Source: Octopus vulgaris
Taxonomy: Eukaryota
DNA length: 64,000 nucleotides
Reading direction: 5' to 3'
NCBI GenBank assembly: GCA_951406725.2
Contig: OX597815.1
Coordinates: 137,082,001 to 137,146,000, forward strand
The notes under the pieces are model-generated. The model did not search any database and was not told where the DNA came from. It saw nothing but the letters and a program-made list of their open reading frames with translations. Made by a program: the position numbers and the translations under genes. This document shows positions 13,814 to 29,440 of the stretch, piece by piece (position 1 is the stretch's first letter; each line of letters starts with the position of its first letter).

Positions 13814-14202
13814 CGAGACGGCGAATTTATTTGCACACGCGCATATTTGTCTGTTAATTACATTCGTAACTGTTAAAATATTAAAATATAGAAATTGTTA
13901 TTGAATTATAATAAAGTTACCAAGAGCCCTGATGATTGGGGTTGCAGTTAAGACACGTTTTTGTAAAAGACTGAGTGTCTAGGGAACGTTAAACGCACCT
14001 CATGAAACCCGAGTAGAAGAGAAATTTAGAACTGATTAGCATATTATTAAAATAAAATTCTATGATATGGTGATGTATATTACGATTTGATGAAGTGCAT
14101 GGGGACTTCTATCTCTAAATAACATATATTTCCTTATCGAGAATAATTCATTTTATTTGCATCCCTGTGACCCCGGAATTTTTATTCGCTAATAAATAAA
14201 AT

Positions 14203-14316
<114 letters not shown>

Positions 14317-15299
14317 ATAAAATCCAGTGTATACCTAGCCTGGATATTTAATATTTCTGATGTTCTACTCACTACGAAACACATGTAGCCCGGATCTTGT
14401 CTACTCCATTCCGTAACTCATGTGTGTGCGTGTATGTGTATATATATACAGTGTACATTTAAACACATAAGATGTATCCATCATAGGATTTCCGTCACGC
14501 TAGAAGGAACACCTAAAGTGCAAACCATTATTAGTGATAAAAACTGAAGGGAATGAAAAATAAAAACATTTACCATCTATCTCCTTGACGAAGGTTTCAG
14601 ACTGTGTTTAGCCATCAAAATAATTTGCTAGGCGAACTCTTCATCAACAGGCACGCCTAGATTAAACGCATAAGTACGAGGCAAATCATTATACATTAAA
14701 ATTTCTCAAATCTACCGCGCAAGCGCAGTTTTTTGTCTGTAGCAAATGATAAATGTTCTTATTTGCTTTATCTCTCATAAATTCTATCCTGTTATCTTGG
14801 TTAATCGAACCTCTAAGTATTCTTGTCTATTTTTTTTATTATTATTATGTCTTCTGTCTCCCTTTATATTCTTATATCAATTCTCTACGGTTTCCTCCTT
14901 CTTGTACCTTCTATCTTCATATTTCCCTATATTTGTTTATACTTCATATTTTTCTTTTATATCTTGCCATGTTTCTTCCTTCCCATGTAGATTCATGCAT
15001 GCCAAGTTCATACATAATTTGCTTATTCTATTACATTTATCTCTACACTTACTTATACCTCAATATCTTATCAACCGTGAAATGATTCAGGTGTTAAATT
15101 TTAAGTTAAAAGTGTTCGTATCTAAGAATCACAGAAATTATAAGATTTGTGAAAGTATTCACCGCTTATATAACACTGTATTCTATAATAAAACGTTAGT
15201 CTAATTGTTTAGCGAGAAAGCGAAACACACATAAAAATAAAAGCAACTCTATTTTCTGCTTTTCTTCAGTGACTGTCAGGATTTCAACTAAACTTGAAT

Positions 15300-16900
15300 T
15301 GTATGTCTAATATACTCCCCTATTTATACCCACCATCTAGTCCCGAAGAATTTTTAGTGATGTTCTCTCTGCTGTAAGTCTTACATGACCATGTTTTCCT
15401 TGCAAATGTTCATATTAGACATATGTCGCTCAAACTTCACAAATCTAGAAGGACTTTTAAGATTTATGCGCACTGTTTATCTTCACTGACTGACGTATAT
15501 ATTCTCTAACGAAAGATACATCTCGACTGGAATGAGAAAAGTGCCCTAGATAATGGATAAAACGAAATATTGCCGTACTAAGGATGGTCCAGCAAGAACA
15601 GGTACATGCGAAGAAGAATGTCCTGATAATCAGGCAGGACTCCATGATTTCGAGATGACTAGAACTTCCAAGTTTTGCCTAATAGCTTACACGTTGAATT
15701 AGGCGTTTGGCGAAACTTGAAGCCCCAGTCTATTCTCAGTACTGAGTTAGTTTATTAGTAAATGCTCCGTTCATATTCTTCAAGAATCTTTAAAACTTCC
15801 ATCGTATATTAACTTTTATTCATTATCCTATGAAGCATTTCATTGGTCTCGTTCCCTAGTCATATGACTTCTCGCTATCTCTCATTTTTTCGATCGCGAG
15901 GTTCCTGTGAAATCACTTCTTTGCAGAATTTGTCGATATCGCTTTCTCTTACCCACAATATATTAAGTCGAGTGGATTTTATAATTTTGTTGTGATAAGA
16001 CAACCTGTTTTTGCTCCCACTACAGACACAATATGATTACGCATTCTTCAATATTCGCAAATAACCAACGTACCACATCATACTCATGCATTGTAGCTAT
16101 AAACAAAGTGTTCGAAAACATCAAAATATACCGAAAATGTTCTCCATAACAGCACCAGGACACGATCGCAATACTTTACCATTTCTCCCATAAACAAGAA
16201 AACTCAGATTTTATTTTCAGATAAGTTTTTTATGATCATAATATATCTGTAAAATAATTGGAATTACAATGTATACATTATGATTAATTCAGGGCTAAAA
16301 AAACCCTGATAGACGCGAGAAGATACTGATGTAGCCTAGATTCAGTAATTACAATAATGCGACTGTTACCACATAAAGACAATTTAAACAGTATGAGGAA
16401 TATAAAACGTAGGCTGTCTGACCGATTGGTATTCCTTTACTCTTCATTGTGGCCATTATTCTAATGCTATGCTCATATGCTTCTGCGGTAGCTACTCCAC
16501 CGCTAAAGCAACACGATTCAACTACCATCCTTCGTCTCGTGTAGTCTATGTTTTCTTTCACGTTAGAACTTCCGTACTACACATTTTCACAATACGTTAT
16601 TAGCAAAAATACAAACTTCTAGTGTCATCCCTTTGCTCACTTTGTACTCTGCTTTAATCCTTAAAAGTTCAAATTGAACATTAACTACATCACCAGTAAA
16701 ATTGACAAAGTTAATGTTTAGCTTGGGAAATGCCTTGTTCCAGTGAGAAAAGAATGCCAGGATATTGTAGTTCTCTCTAGAAAGGGATAGAAAAAGTGCT
16801 TATTATGAGTGAAAGCACTACAGGTTAATTTTGGATTTCTATTAGCATACACGGCAGCGTCTGCTGCTAACCGTAAGTTATAAAACAATTTTTTCAGCTT
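15300..16900 (-). mobile_element. Very old RTE-like LINE relic
   Basis: Faint colinear motifs on the minus strand: LCGNSRII (CGNYRGI-like) ~16365, GAKTGCLIT (GVRQGC-like) ~16010, LLYG-like ~15575. Confidence 0.4.
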
Positions 16901-17725
16901 ATCGAGCTTCGATACGGGAAGTATATACAAACTTCTGCGCCAATACACCACTAGAGTTCCTGAAGATTGTTTTGTATACCTTGTACGGACTACTCGAAGC
17001 TTACTATCTTTCTACACGTTCATCCTTGTTGGATCTTACCTGTAATATATATATATATATATACAGACATAATTCAGGGCACCGATTTGCGTTAAAAATG
17101 TTTGTTTGAAAACGTTTAAGTATTTGTACTATTTCGTAGACTTAACATATTTCCCTCACCCTTAGGTGATTAAAGTGGAATCTACTGTGTTAAAATGTTT
17201 CGGATACTTGTGATTATGTACTGTTTCATACTGCAGTAACCTAGGGTGCATGGTTTCTTTCTTTCCATCCACCCACCAGTCGGGCAGAGCCTACAAAATA
17301 TCAAGTTCAGTGGCCTTCATCCTCCGGCAAAGCCATAGAAATATATATTATAACCGAGTGGAAATATCAGTAGTTAACTAGGAGTCGGCATTACGTTACT
17401 TTTACTCAAGATAGTCAAACTGAGAAGTATGTAGCAGGGACGTATTCGACTCCAGTACGTACACTTCATCGAATTTCTAATTATTAAAGTTGATGGCTGT
17501 AGAATTTGAAGTCTGAAAATAAATGTCATAAAACATTTTATCAGTGTCACAGAATACGAATTATACATATATAAAGTAAAACAAAAAAAGCTATTCGCTT
17601 TCCAAAGGATTTTTTATTCATTGTTTTCATTTATCATGTTTTCATTTTGTTTTGCATTTAAATGTAAATATATAACTTTTATGTTTATTTAAACATGGCA
17701 GACGAGACATTTTTAAAAGGATGGC

Positions 17726-17727
<2 letters not shown>

Positions 17728-17781
<54 letters not shown>

Positions 17782-17859
17782 TGTATGTATGTATGTATGT
17801 ATGTATATGTATCGTATATGTATGTATTTATATATATATATATATATATATATACATAC

Positions 17860-17906
<47 letters not shown>

Positions 17907-18342
17907 TATATATATGTATGTATATATATATATATATACATATGTATGTATATATGTATGTATATATATATATGTATGTATATATATATATACATATGTA
18001 TGTATATATATATGCATATATATATGTATGTATATATATATGCATATATATATGTAGGTATATATAAATATGCATGTATATATATGTATATATATATATG
18101 CATATATATATGTATATATATATATATGTATGTATATATATATATATATATGTATATATATGTATATATATGTATATACATGTATATGTATATTTATATA
18201 CATTATATATATTATTGTATGTATATGTATAAATATATATGTGTGTGTGTATATATGTATATATATGTATGTATGTATATATATGTATGTATGTATATAT
18301 ATGTATATGTATATATATGTGTGTGTGTGTATATATATATAT
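17728..18342. repeat. Compound (TA)/(TATG)/(TG) low-complexity array
   Basis: Read directly from the sequence. Confidence 0.97.
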
Positions 18343-18949
18343 CGTGAGAGAGGCCATGACAAAACAATCATTTCTCATAGATAAATTTAAAATAGTTATT
18401 ATGCAACACTCATGTCATTCATTAGTCTATGATAAAAATATTTTTATTTTTATTTTAATCTTGTATAGATTTTGAAAATTTGATTTCATGACAACTTCAT
18501 CGCTTTTGGTTTCTTTCCTTTTTTTCATTTTTATCTGAATTGTTGTTTGAGAGAAATAAACTTGTACGAACGTATGATTATTTCTATAGCATGAGGATTT
18601 ATTTCCTCCAAAATTTCTCGTTGTTTATTGTGTTGCAACCATCGACACTACTATCGTCATCGTCGTTGTCATCGTTCTCGTCGTCGTGGTCAATTTAGTG
18701 GTTGTTGTTCTTGTTGCTATATCATAAAATATGAAATGTGTTACATTCCCGATGCACTTTCTGCAACTATTGTCATAGAAATTGTTTCGTCACGCACTAA
18801 TGTACTCTGTTTCTTTCGATTTTCTTTGGGGTTTTTTAACGTTTAATTTATATTTACATTTGCTGCTCATGTTAGTATTATCTTATTTCTTTTCATATTG
18901 CTGAGTTGCTTTCATTATTGTCTTTCATCAGAACTGAATATATATGTGT

Positions 18950-19023
<74 letters not shown>

Positions 19024-19025
19024 TT

Positions 19026-19071
<46 letters not shown>

Positions 19072-19152
19072 TTATATATATAGACATACATTTATATATA
19101 TATAATTACCAGATTTCATATCGTTTGCACTGCAGTAGTTCTTGTTGTTGTT

Positions 19153-19231
<79 letters not shown>
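19153..19231. repeat. (TAG)n microsatellite
   Basis: Read directly from the sequence. Confidence 0.97.
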
Positions 19232-19574
19232 CAGTAAGGTTGTTGCTGTAACTGATAATATTATAAACGTGTTGATCATAAAAGAGTTAATCGCAGGTTT
19301 ATTAAGATCAATAAATGCAAGTATAAAATTAGCAAAACGAAATATTTTTTTTTTTAAATGTAATACGAAAACATGCAGACAAATATCAGTTATAGTGGCA
19401 TAAAAATAGTGAGCAATGCAGGAAAAATTCATTATAATGTTTGCTACACGAAACATTCGTTAATAAATGGGTAGATAAAAAGATAAATTAAGACATGCAA
19501 ATGCGTGTGTATGTGTGTGTGTGGTTGTGTGTGTGTGGACCTGTGTATGTTCGTGTGTGCCTGTGTGCCTGTAA

Positions 19575-19613
<39 letters not shown>

Positions 19614-19652
19614 TGATACATATATATATGTATATGTAAGTATGTATATATT

Positions 19653-19936
19653 CGTAGGATCGCGATCGTAGGATTGCTGTTTCGATTCCCAGACCGGGAG
19701 TTTTGAGTGTTTATTGAGCGAAAACACCTAAAAGCTCCACGAGGCTCCGGCAGGGAGTGGTGGCGATCCCTGCTGTACTCTTTCGCCACAACTTTCTCTC
19801 ACTCTTTCTTCTGTTGGCCTGGTCGCTTAGCCAGCGGGTTGGCGTCATTTGAAGGCTAAAACAATGCGAAACGGCATTTTGACCAGCGATGTGTAGCAAC
19901 ATCTGATAGCCTGGTCGGTCACGGTGATCAGGGTGA
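19653..19936 (+). mobile_element. SINE family C, 5'-truncated (3' fragment also at 13686-13785)
   Basis: Near-identical to 47097-47399; ends in gtcacggtgatca followed by (TA)n. Confidence 0.85.
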
Positions 19937-22014
19937 TATATATATATGTAAGAAATTGAGGTCACTAAGGGATAAATTATTTTATGATCTTCATAAAATA
20001 ATTTTATGTTTATTCCTTTGTCATCTCAATTTCTGCACTCTACTAAGGCTTCGTTCTGAAGCATATACATATTGAGTTCTACACCAGGCTAATACCTACG
20101 CGAAATTGTAATATATATAGATATAGAGATATATTCTCGAAACATCCAGTTTCCATACACTATATATTCTACACCAAGTTATTGAGCACTCTCCTCCTCT
20201 TTGATACAATTAAACGTTCTGTAGTTTTATATATGCGTGGAGAGGTGTGTATAACTTTCAGTACGATGAGCTTTTCCTAGACTTACACGTAACATGTAAG
20301 CAAATTTCAGGATGAGATGTAGACTCGTAATGTAACCAGTGGAAGAACTATATCTTTAATGGTGAATATATGGGCTTTGGAACGTAAATGTATGGTATCT
20401 GACGAAAATACTTACGCGTCGGCCCTAAAGTAACGAATTAAGCAAGTTATAAAATAATCACACCTTAAACCTCATATGGACTGTGAAAACCAAAATATAT
20501 ATGCATCAGCGAAATTAAATCTCATGAAATCAGTAAGTTCAAAATGTTCGCTTAATAGAGCTTAATTACATTCATTTTACAGAAAGATCAAATGCAACAA
20601 GTGACGTGGAATCTTTGAGCGATATTTTATCACCAAAACATTCACCATTAAACCAAATAAAGCTAACATTAAACCAAACAAAACTATGATTTCGTTTGTA
20701 TAAAAAATATAAAATCAATTGGTTTCAACCAGAATTTGGAACCATTATATGCATGATTCTGAAAAGAATCTAATAAACTCGAAATCTCTCAAGATTACTG
20801 GCTTAAGAATTTTTCATAGACCTCAGTACATATTCGAAATATTTACTGATTTTTAAAAAAATATGGTCGTGTTAGAATTAATCGGACGTTGGACACATAA
20901 TTTTTGTTAAATTCTTTTCCGTTTTCCGTTCAAAATGCACATTGTTGACTCTGTTTTGCAGCCTTCTTCAATAAAATAGCTACCTTTGATATAATATGAT
21001 AGATTAAATTGACTGTGCTCCACGGACGAACTTTCTGACCTTATGTCTACGTTAAAAAAATAATAAATTTAAGCATTAACGCTCTGGAGTGGCAAAACGA
21101 CAACCTGCCAGACTAAATCTAAAAATCAGTTACATACGTCCTTTAAAGTACTGACTTTATATTCTGTCGCTGTTGATTTTTTATGTCATCATCGTGTGTT
21201 CAATAAAATAAATATCAGTAATGTAACTACGAAGATACAATCGACTGCATTTCACTCGTACAATTTTATAGCTTTATTCCAAATGTTAGAAATCATTATT
21301 ATTCTTATCAGTATGATAATGGTGCAATAAATTTTTCAGACAACATGATGTCATGCCTAGTGGTATTTACATTCGTCTTTCAATCTTCTGAGCTCAATTC
21401 TTATCGTAGTCTACATAACATTTCAGCTTTGCAAGCAAACTAACAGATGTATGTATGGACAATGCCATATTATTCTTCAATAAAATATGTGGTTACAGAC
21501 TGAAATAGTGAAATCATTAAAGTTCTCAGTGCTGAAGTATCTGTGCCAAACCAAACACTGAATGTTTTGATTTTGCATATAGCATATTCTACAAGAATAT
21601 TTTCTATAAATATTACTTATTAAAATAATATTGCATTGCTATATTACTGTTTACTCCCTAGAGTTTTCAATCTGAAACATTGTAGGTTATCTTCAGCTTT
21701 CTGTGTTAATGTCAAATGTTTGCAATATATTTTGTAAAACTGTTACAATTGCTACTGCCGTTCAGGTCATACTAAATCCAACTATTCACCGTCTCATCGT
21801 TTTATTATTACTTTTCATTCAATCTAAGGTTTCAGTATCCCATATATCCTTCCAATTTTCATAATAGAAGGATACAAATTCAAAAAATTACAGCTATTTC
21901 TAGTAGGTGTCCGACCAAGTAGTATCTCCTGATTTGATCTGTATTACTATTCACTTACTCTTCGATAACTATAAACCAACTGTAGTGTTGCAAGAGTTAT
22001 ATATATATATATAC

Positions 22015-22248
22015 CTATTTCTTTACTACCCACAAGGGGCTAAACACAGAGAGGACAAACAAGGACAGACAAACGGATTAAGTCGATTATATCGACCCCA
22101 GTGCGTAACTGCTACTTATTTAATCGACCCCGAAAGGATGAAAGGCAAAGTCGACCTCGGCGGAATTTGAACTCAGAAAGTAATGGCAGAGGAAATACTG
22201 CTAAGCATTTCGTCCGGCGTGCTAACGGTTCTACCAGCTCGCCGTCCT
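22015..22248 (-). mobile_element. tRNA-derived SINE family A (other copies at 23388-23602, 9220-9375, 6405-6525, 28925-29060)
   Basis: Head GGCGAGCTGGTAGAACCGTTAG (A box) and GAGTTCAAATTCC (B box). The core GCCTTTCATCCTTTCGGGGTCGAT resembles a MetaSINE-type central domain. Confidence 0.85.
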
Positions 22249-22316
22249 AGCATAAGTTATACATATATATATCGTCTAGGATTCCAACAGTCAGAAAAAA
22301 TAGGCATTCATATAAT

Positions 22317-22474
22317 TTTTTATTCTCAAACGCGTGATAATGCACTTGACGCGTAATCACAGGGATGTGAGCTCTAGTCTCATGGCTGGCCGGTAACGTA
22401 TTTTTCTGAAATGTATGGATAATTCATCCTGATCACGCTATTTATTAGCATTATTACGCGTTTGAGAACAAAAC
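22317..22474. repeat. Short fold-back / MITE-like element
   Basis: TTCTCAAACGCGTGATAATGC ... GCATTATTACGCGTTTGAGAA, with further imperfect inner complementarity. Confidence 0.6.
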
Positions 22475-22788
22475 AAAATATCTTTCAATACATCTCAACT
22501 CTTCTAAACAAACTTTGTTTACTTTCATTGTAGGCATTCATATGTATGAGACCAGAGTATATATATATATATCAATTATTCAAGCAATACTATATACTTT
22601 TAGGGTCCTATTTCAATCTACCTTACTAATCAGTTTCGTACATAAGAGATTGGTAAAGGTAGTGTCAGCTGCATTAATAAAGTTAGAGCTTTCCCAACCA
22701 GATCTTCAGATTACAGACAAGATTGGTTTCCCAAAACTCTAGTGTAAGACATCGTTCGTTATAATGTTGAAATGTGGTTAGAAGACTG

Positions 22789-22878
<90 letters not shown>

Positions 22879-25209
22879 GGTGGGGGTATCTATATATATT
22901 TGATATATGAGTGTGTGTTTTCGCAGTGCAAGAAAAGTACAGGCGAAATTGGAGAGTTGTGTTAATTATGTAGATGTATTTTAAATTTGCTTAGATTTAA
23001 GCACACACCCATAATAAGTACAATTTAATCGCACACGTCTATGGACTCTGTAATTCCATTCTATTATAATTACATAATTCGATTAATTAATTTCATGCAC
23101 TTTCATATATATAAAATATATATATGCATAGTTATATACATGTATACTTACAGATATACATGTGTATGTGCGCATGTGTGAGAGAGAGAGGGGGCATAAA
23201 CATATACTCAGAGACACGTGAACACATATATATAAACTCATAATCAAGTATACTAGAAAGAAAAATATCATTGGAAGTTAGATAGCAAATGAATTTCAGT
23301 TTAATGGATTTTACATGTTTTATATGTTTTTTCTAGTCTGTTTGAAAATCCTAGCTTTCCCAGATTGTCGATTAAACATTTACTAATATCTTTCAAATTT
23401 TGGCTCATGACCAACAGTTTCCGATTAGTGGGTGAGTTAACTAAATTGACTCCAGTGCTCAACTGGTACTTGTTTTATGGACCCCAAGAGGATGATAGAC
23501 AAAGTCGACTTCGTTGTAATTTGAACTCAGAACATAACGATGTACGAAATGTCGCTAAGCATTTTGCCCTACGAACTAATGACTCTGCCAGCTCGACGCC
23601 TTAGCATTCATTAATATAAACAAGTTAACTGGTGATCAGTGGTATAAATGTAAATTATAATCACAATAGAGGAAGTTTTTCTGACTTGATTTCAGAAGAT
23701 TTGTTCACGACTGCTGTGTAGCTAATTTATATGACTATACATGACGTTTCAGTCCCGACCCATGTTACTAGATTAGGCCTCTTATGTTGACACTTGATGG
23801 ACGTTTTGTTGGGAATGTGCCACAAATAGTCCTTAAAAGCAAAATTTAAGAATAGCTGCAGGTAATGGATAATGTAATTTTTTTTTTTGCTAACACTATT
23901 GGTGCAAGTATTAATTACGCATTAATTACGCATATATTCAAACACATAAATGTATTAGCTTATTTATAGAATTTCCAGTGATTTATCAGAAGCTATTTCT
24001 CATCAATTAAATGTCTAATTATAACTATGTAATGTAAATATCATACTGTCAGCAATGAATTGTTGTTACTAATATATTATATTTATATGATCTTATGATG
24101 ATATCTATGTTTATATACATAAGTTCTTAATTCGATTCATATCTTGTCCTCTATGTATACTTGCGCGAATATGTCACATGATAAATTTCGGAATGATCTC
24201 CGATCGTTACCATTTGACTTATTTGTGGCTGTATACATAGAAAACAAGATTTGATTCATACAGGGAACCTTTATATATAATTGAAACTTAATAATGTTAT
24301 TTTCCACTAATTTTGTCCAAGTCTATATAGATGGGGGAAAATAGAATGGAAAAGTTTTTTTTCATAATATATCAATTGTTAAACTTTCCTTTTCTTGAGC
24401 AGTTTTAGTTACAAAAATTGTTTACGTCGGCAGTTATTGTAACTATCAATACTTAAATTATGAAATCCCTCCTACTCGAATAATACACCTTAATGTAATA
24501 ACTTTAAAATATGCACAGCACGTCACGTAAACCTTACATCCTATATGGAAAATAGAAAAAAGTTTGATTCAGTTGCCAGAGCAATTAAAACCTTAAGCTG
24601 ATGCTAAGTAACGGAGAGAATTCTTTGCTCCCTTTAGCCATCTAACGAGAGGAATTTAATTCAACTCCGCAGGCAACCAATTCGCTCGTTAAATATACAC
24701 TGTTCTGAGTGATTTCTCGGAAAATAGTACATATTTACGGTCAGAAGAAATAAACCTGCTAATATTAAGGTAGGAGATACGAAATTCTGGATTTAATAGT
24801 GAGAAGTTGAACACTGTCGACTAGACTATCGATAATTCACGCAATAATGTTGCATAAACATTAAGCTTACTCAATGTGACTGTTAACTTTTCCTACACTA
24901 TGCTACTAACATCTCTTGAGAGAAAACTATAAAAGTAAGACATTAAATCCATGAAACAAAACAGCATAGGCAAAGCAAAATAAATGATCTGATGTTTCGA
25001 CGAGAAAGTTTGAGTAGCGATGTCCGTTATATTTGGTCAATAGTAATTGGATTTACAGAATATATTAAAAAAATTCAATCAACACTGGAGTATAGATGGC
25101 TAACGGACCTGTAATAAATAGCAAACAAATTTCCTTCAAATCACACTTTATCATCACTAAAACAAGGAAAAACACATCAGAAAATACGTTTCTACATATA
25201 GCATGGTTG

Positions 25210-25256
<47 letters not shown>

Positions 25257-25326
25257 GGAGTAAACACATAAATGTGAAACAAGGTGGAAAAAAAGAGTAC
25301 TCAAATACCAATGGTAGAGTAATATG

Positions 25327-25418
25327 CTTTATTTAAAGCAGCAGAAAATTCAACAAAACCTGTTACTCTGAGTTCAGAGTAACAGGTTTTGTTGAATTTT
25401 CTGCTGCTTTAAATAAAG
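25327..25418. repeat. Perfect palindrome with 45-bp arms and a 2-nt spacer
   Basis: CTTTATTTAAAGCAGCAGAAAATTCAACAAAACCTGTTACTCTGA-gt-reverse complement; same sequence family as 43632-43869. Confidence 0.95.
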
Positions 25419-25579
25419 TATATATATATATATAACTATAAATAAGGGTATCAGAAAGAAACCACCATACCGAAATCGCAGTCAAATTCCTGACTCTAAA
25501 AAACACCTAAAATGTTCATATCGCACAACGAGATAAGACAGAGAGACAAAATGAACTAGCAAAAAGATATTACTGGATA

Positions 25580-25638
25580 ATTCAAGATCCTGAATTTCTA
25601 ACTTTGCTTCAAATAAGCTCTGCTTTCATCAGTTGAAT
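25580..25638 (-). ncRNA. Type-I hammerhead-like motif with canonical core
   Basis: ATTCAA-CTGATGA-AAGC...GTTA-GAAA-TTCAGGA-TC-TTGAAT: 6-bp stem I and an AUC cleavage triplet; the base of stem II is imperfect. Confidence 0.6.
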
Positions 25639-25761
25639 ATACTACATTAGCACATAAATACAAATATATATATATACAGAACACACGTTATACTTACATA
25701 AACGAACATCCATACATACATATATATGCATGTATGTACATATATATGTTAGTATTCATAT

Positions 25762-25869
<108 letters not shown>

Positions 25870-26710
25870 TGTTTGTATTACTATTACATATATCATGTTT
25901 TGCTATTTGCAACATCAGTACCTGAATAGATCTGCTGTTTTATTTAGCGTTGACGGGAGACTCGGTTATATCGCAATTATCATTGTTATATCATTGTCGA
26001 GTCTATCATTGAGGAGCACATAACAGGGCGAAATCACATGATCTACCAATTTCGGCGGCTGTAGCAGACAGCCCTTGTGTCTCTCACCGATATACATACG
26101 AGTGCTTCTATGCACCACGAATCAATATGAGAGGTCCTCCCAGAGTAAATAATGCCGTATTCTGTATTCTAACACAACATTCAAGTTAAGCTGGAGATAA
26201 GATTGTCTTTTGATATTAATACATATTGTTTAGACTGTGAGATTACTAACAGATTTCTTGCCCGACTCTTACTTCTCTTCACTCCTACTCACTTTCCCTC
26301 TTCTCTCTTACTCTCTTTCTCTCACACCATTCTACACCATACAATATTACACATCACAACACACCACCCACACACCATCCCCACATTTTGACACCTACAC
26401 ATACATACACACACACGTCCAGACCACCAGCCCACTTTCACACGCACATACATACTCTCTTATACACAAACAAACCTTAGGGTTGGGGGTCATCTTTACT
26501 TTGTTATCTCCCCTACTTTCCCTTTGTCCGAGTCAGTCGCCATGATAGATCGTTAGCCACTACACACATTTTTATCTCTCCTTGTTTTTTCCTGTAGAAG
26601 AGCGTAGGCTCGAAACATAAAAGACTTTTTCTATTCCTGAGCGTTATACTAATACATCTGTTTGTTTTGTATACCACCTGTCTTCGTCTTTTGTTTTTTT
26701 CGTAAACTCT

Positions 26711-26807
<97 letters not shown>

Positions 26808-26991
26808 TGTATGTATGTATGTATGCATGTATGTATGTGTGTATATGTGTGTGTATATATATATATAATGGATATAACTATGTGTATATATATGTATATA
26901 TGTATATATAAATCTGTGTGCTTACATATGTATACATTCGTGTATATACATATGTATGTGTGTATGTGTATATGTATACACACACACATAC

Positions 26992-27039
<48 letters not shown>

Positions 27040-27040
<1 letters not shown>

Positions 27041-27425
27041 AGCAATTATACGGATGAATAAATTAGATATACCAAGCATAATAGTTTGGACATGAAACAC
27101 AAAATATGTTTATATGTATACATGAAAAGCAAGAGAAAGCAGATGGATACTTTCAGACGATTAATATTTCAGTACAAATATATAGATATTTACACAGAGT
27201 ACGAACGAAAGAGAAAAGAAAGTTCAACAATTGTATCTGGGGTTTTTGAGATCCACGATAATGTTGGTAGATGGAGTTCATCTCAATATGCAGCTGTAAT
27301 AGATGAAATCAACTTATGTTAACACTAGCTTCGATCATCAGGAGGCTCGTCTCATCCCAGTGTCTCATGTCCAAACTATTATATTATATTTGATATATCT
27401 AATTAGTTTATTCGCATAATTGCCT
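27040..27425. repeat. Imperfect inverted repeat (about 60-bp arms), probably PLE terminal-repeat remnants
   Basis: gcaattat...taatagtttggacatgaaacac at 27042-27100 mirrors gtgtctcatgtccaaactatta...ataattgc at 27360-27423. Confidence 0.65.
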
Positions 27426-27571
27426 CTGTATCGGCTCAACATGATACCTCTTATAGCCAATCTTGTAAAGATTTCGGAATCCAAGTCTGTGTCTTTTTAA
27501 GCATTATTAACTGTCTTCTATACTGAGAATCCCTGTATCTCGTCAGTAGACCATACACACACACACATATA

Positions 27572-27629
<58 letters not shown>

Positions 27630-28032
27630 ATGTGTCTGTCTGTGGGCGTATGTGTATGCGCGTGAGTATATGTTTGCATACATGTGTTTACTGTTAGATC
27701 AAATTACCCTGCAGCTAAATCTGGGTACACCAATTATTATGCGTGTTTTAAAATCTATTTAGGAAAGGAGACCTTGACTTTCAACCCTAACGAGCGTCTC
27801 AGCTGACTGGTAATGCTTTTCCCAATATAGGTGAATAAATTTAATTCTTTTCCCAAATAAACTGCACTTCATATTCGCTGTTTCGATGAAGCAGTTAGGT
27901 GCTACTCAACCACTCAACTTTGTATCCAATGCATCTTAAAGCAGAAACAGGAACAACCGTTGACTAATAAAGTTCGTAAGATAATCGTTTCTTCCTTTGT
28001 CATATATGTGTGCGTGTAGTGTAAATATATAT

Positions 28033-28091
<59 letters not shown>

Positions 28092-28461
28092 GTAAACCCA
28101 CCAAATAAAACGAAGAACAAACACGCAAAACAACACGAGGACGTGGTACATGTAAAGTATAAGCAGTAGACGCTCAGGAAGGACTAGTTTGGCGAGTGGT
28201 GTCCTGTCTTGCCTTCGAAACACGCTGGAGCCGAACTAGTGACAGCTGATGATAGGGGACGTTTCCTTGTGTAGTATGTCCTGTACTCTGTTTTTTTCTT
28301 GTTGTAAAAAAATGGTTTTTCCGTTTTCGTTTTTCGTTTCTCGTTGAGTTCTACGTCTAGTTGTGGTGTCCTGTACTCACGTGTATATATGCATGTATAT
28401 ATACATGTAGATGTAGGTACGTACATATATGTTTGTATGTATGCATATATTTTATTTATTA

Positions 28462-28506
<45 letters not shown>

Positions 28507-28602
28507 TAATCCAAACACGAAAGCACAAAAAAACACAACAAAGCGAGGACGTGGAACAAATATAGCATTATTGGACGCTCAGGAAAGAAGAAAAGAAGGA
28601 GG

Positions 28603-28637
28603 GTTTAACGTTTCGAGCGGAGCTCTTCGTTAGAAAC
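28603..28637 (-). ncRNA. Minimal hammerhead-like motif, G5 mutated
   Basis: GTTT-CTAACGA-A-GAGC-tcc-GCTC-GAAA-CG-TT-AAAC within a (TA)n-flanked fragment. Confidence 0.55.
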
Positions 28638-28720
28638 ATAGGGAAAGGAAAGATCCAGAGAAGGGAAGACAGAGGAAAAAAATTTCCAACGGTACACACG
28701 CGGTCACATACATACATACA

Positions 28721-28866
<146 letters not shown>

Positions 28867-29080
28867 TGTTGAATGAAGGGAGTTACAGAATTGTTAACAA
28901 CTCGGACAAAATCCTTTAGCATATATTACAGTTTTTAAAGTTCTGAGTTCAGGTTCTGTCGAGGTTTGGATTTCATCCCTAAAGAGTCGACGAAATAAAG
29001 CACCAATCAAGTATAAGGGGCGATGCAATCGACTACCGCTCTCCTGTCAAAATTTCTGGAACTCTCATATAAGATTCGTA

Positions 29081-29440
29081 GTCATATCAGATTCAGAATA
29101 CTGAACTCCAGAACACACCCCAATATGCCACATTGAGTAATCTGAACAAGATGTTTCCATGTAAACTACACTGAGTCCCATCTTTTTAATGCTGTCTTGA
29201 GCGTATCCTTGTCTCTCTTCTTTGATCCTCAACTAGACCGACAGCCAATTGCTTGTTCATTATATGATGGTTAAATAATTATTGTTAAAATACGTAGGTT
29301 TCCAGAATATAACTTAAGAATCTAAGAAATTTGACTACTCTTAAGCTATATATATATATATATATATATTTGTGTGTGTGCATGCGTATATATACATAGA
29401 TATTTAGGTAGTTAAATGATAATTTTCGGGTAAAATAGCA
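29081..29440 (+). repeat. Local duplicate of 39906-40300
   Basis: Colinear, clearly homologous block comprising an RTE fragment, unique flank, (TA)n(TG)n and downstream flank. Confidence 0.9.

Noticed and set aside
19990-25200. Long mostly unique stretch searched for exons or a second receptor copy
   Set aside because: No convincing ORF, splice-consistent exon or receptor motif was found by eye.
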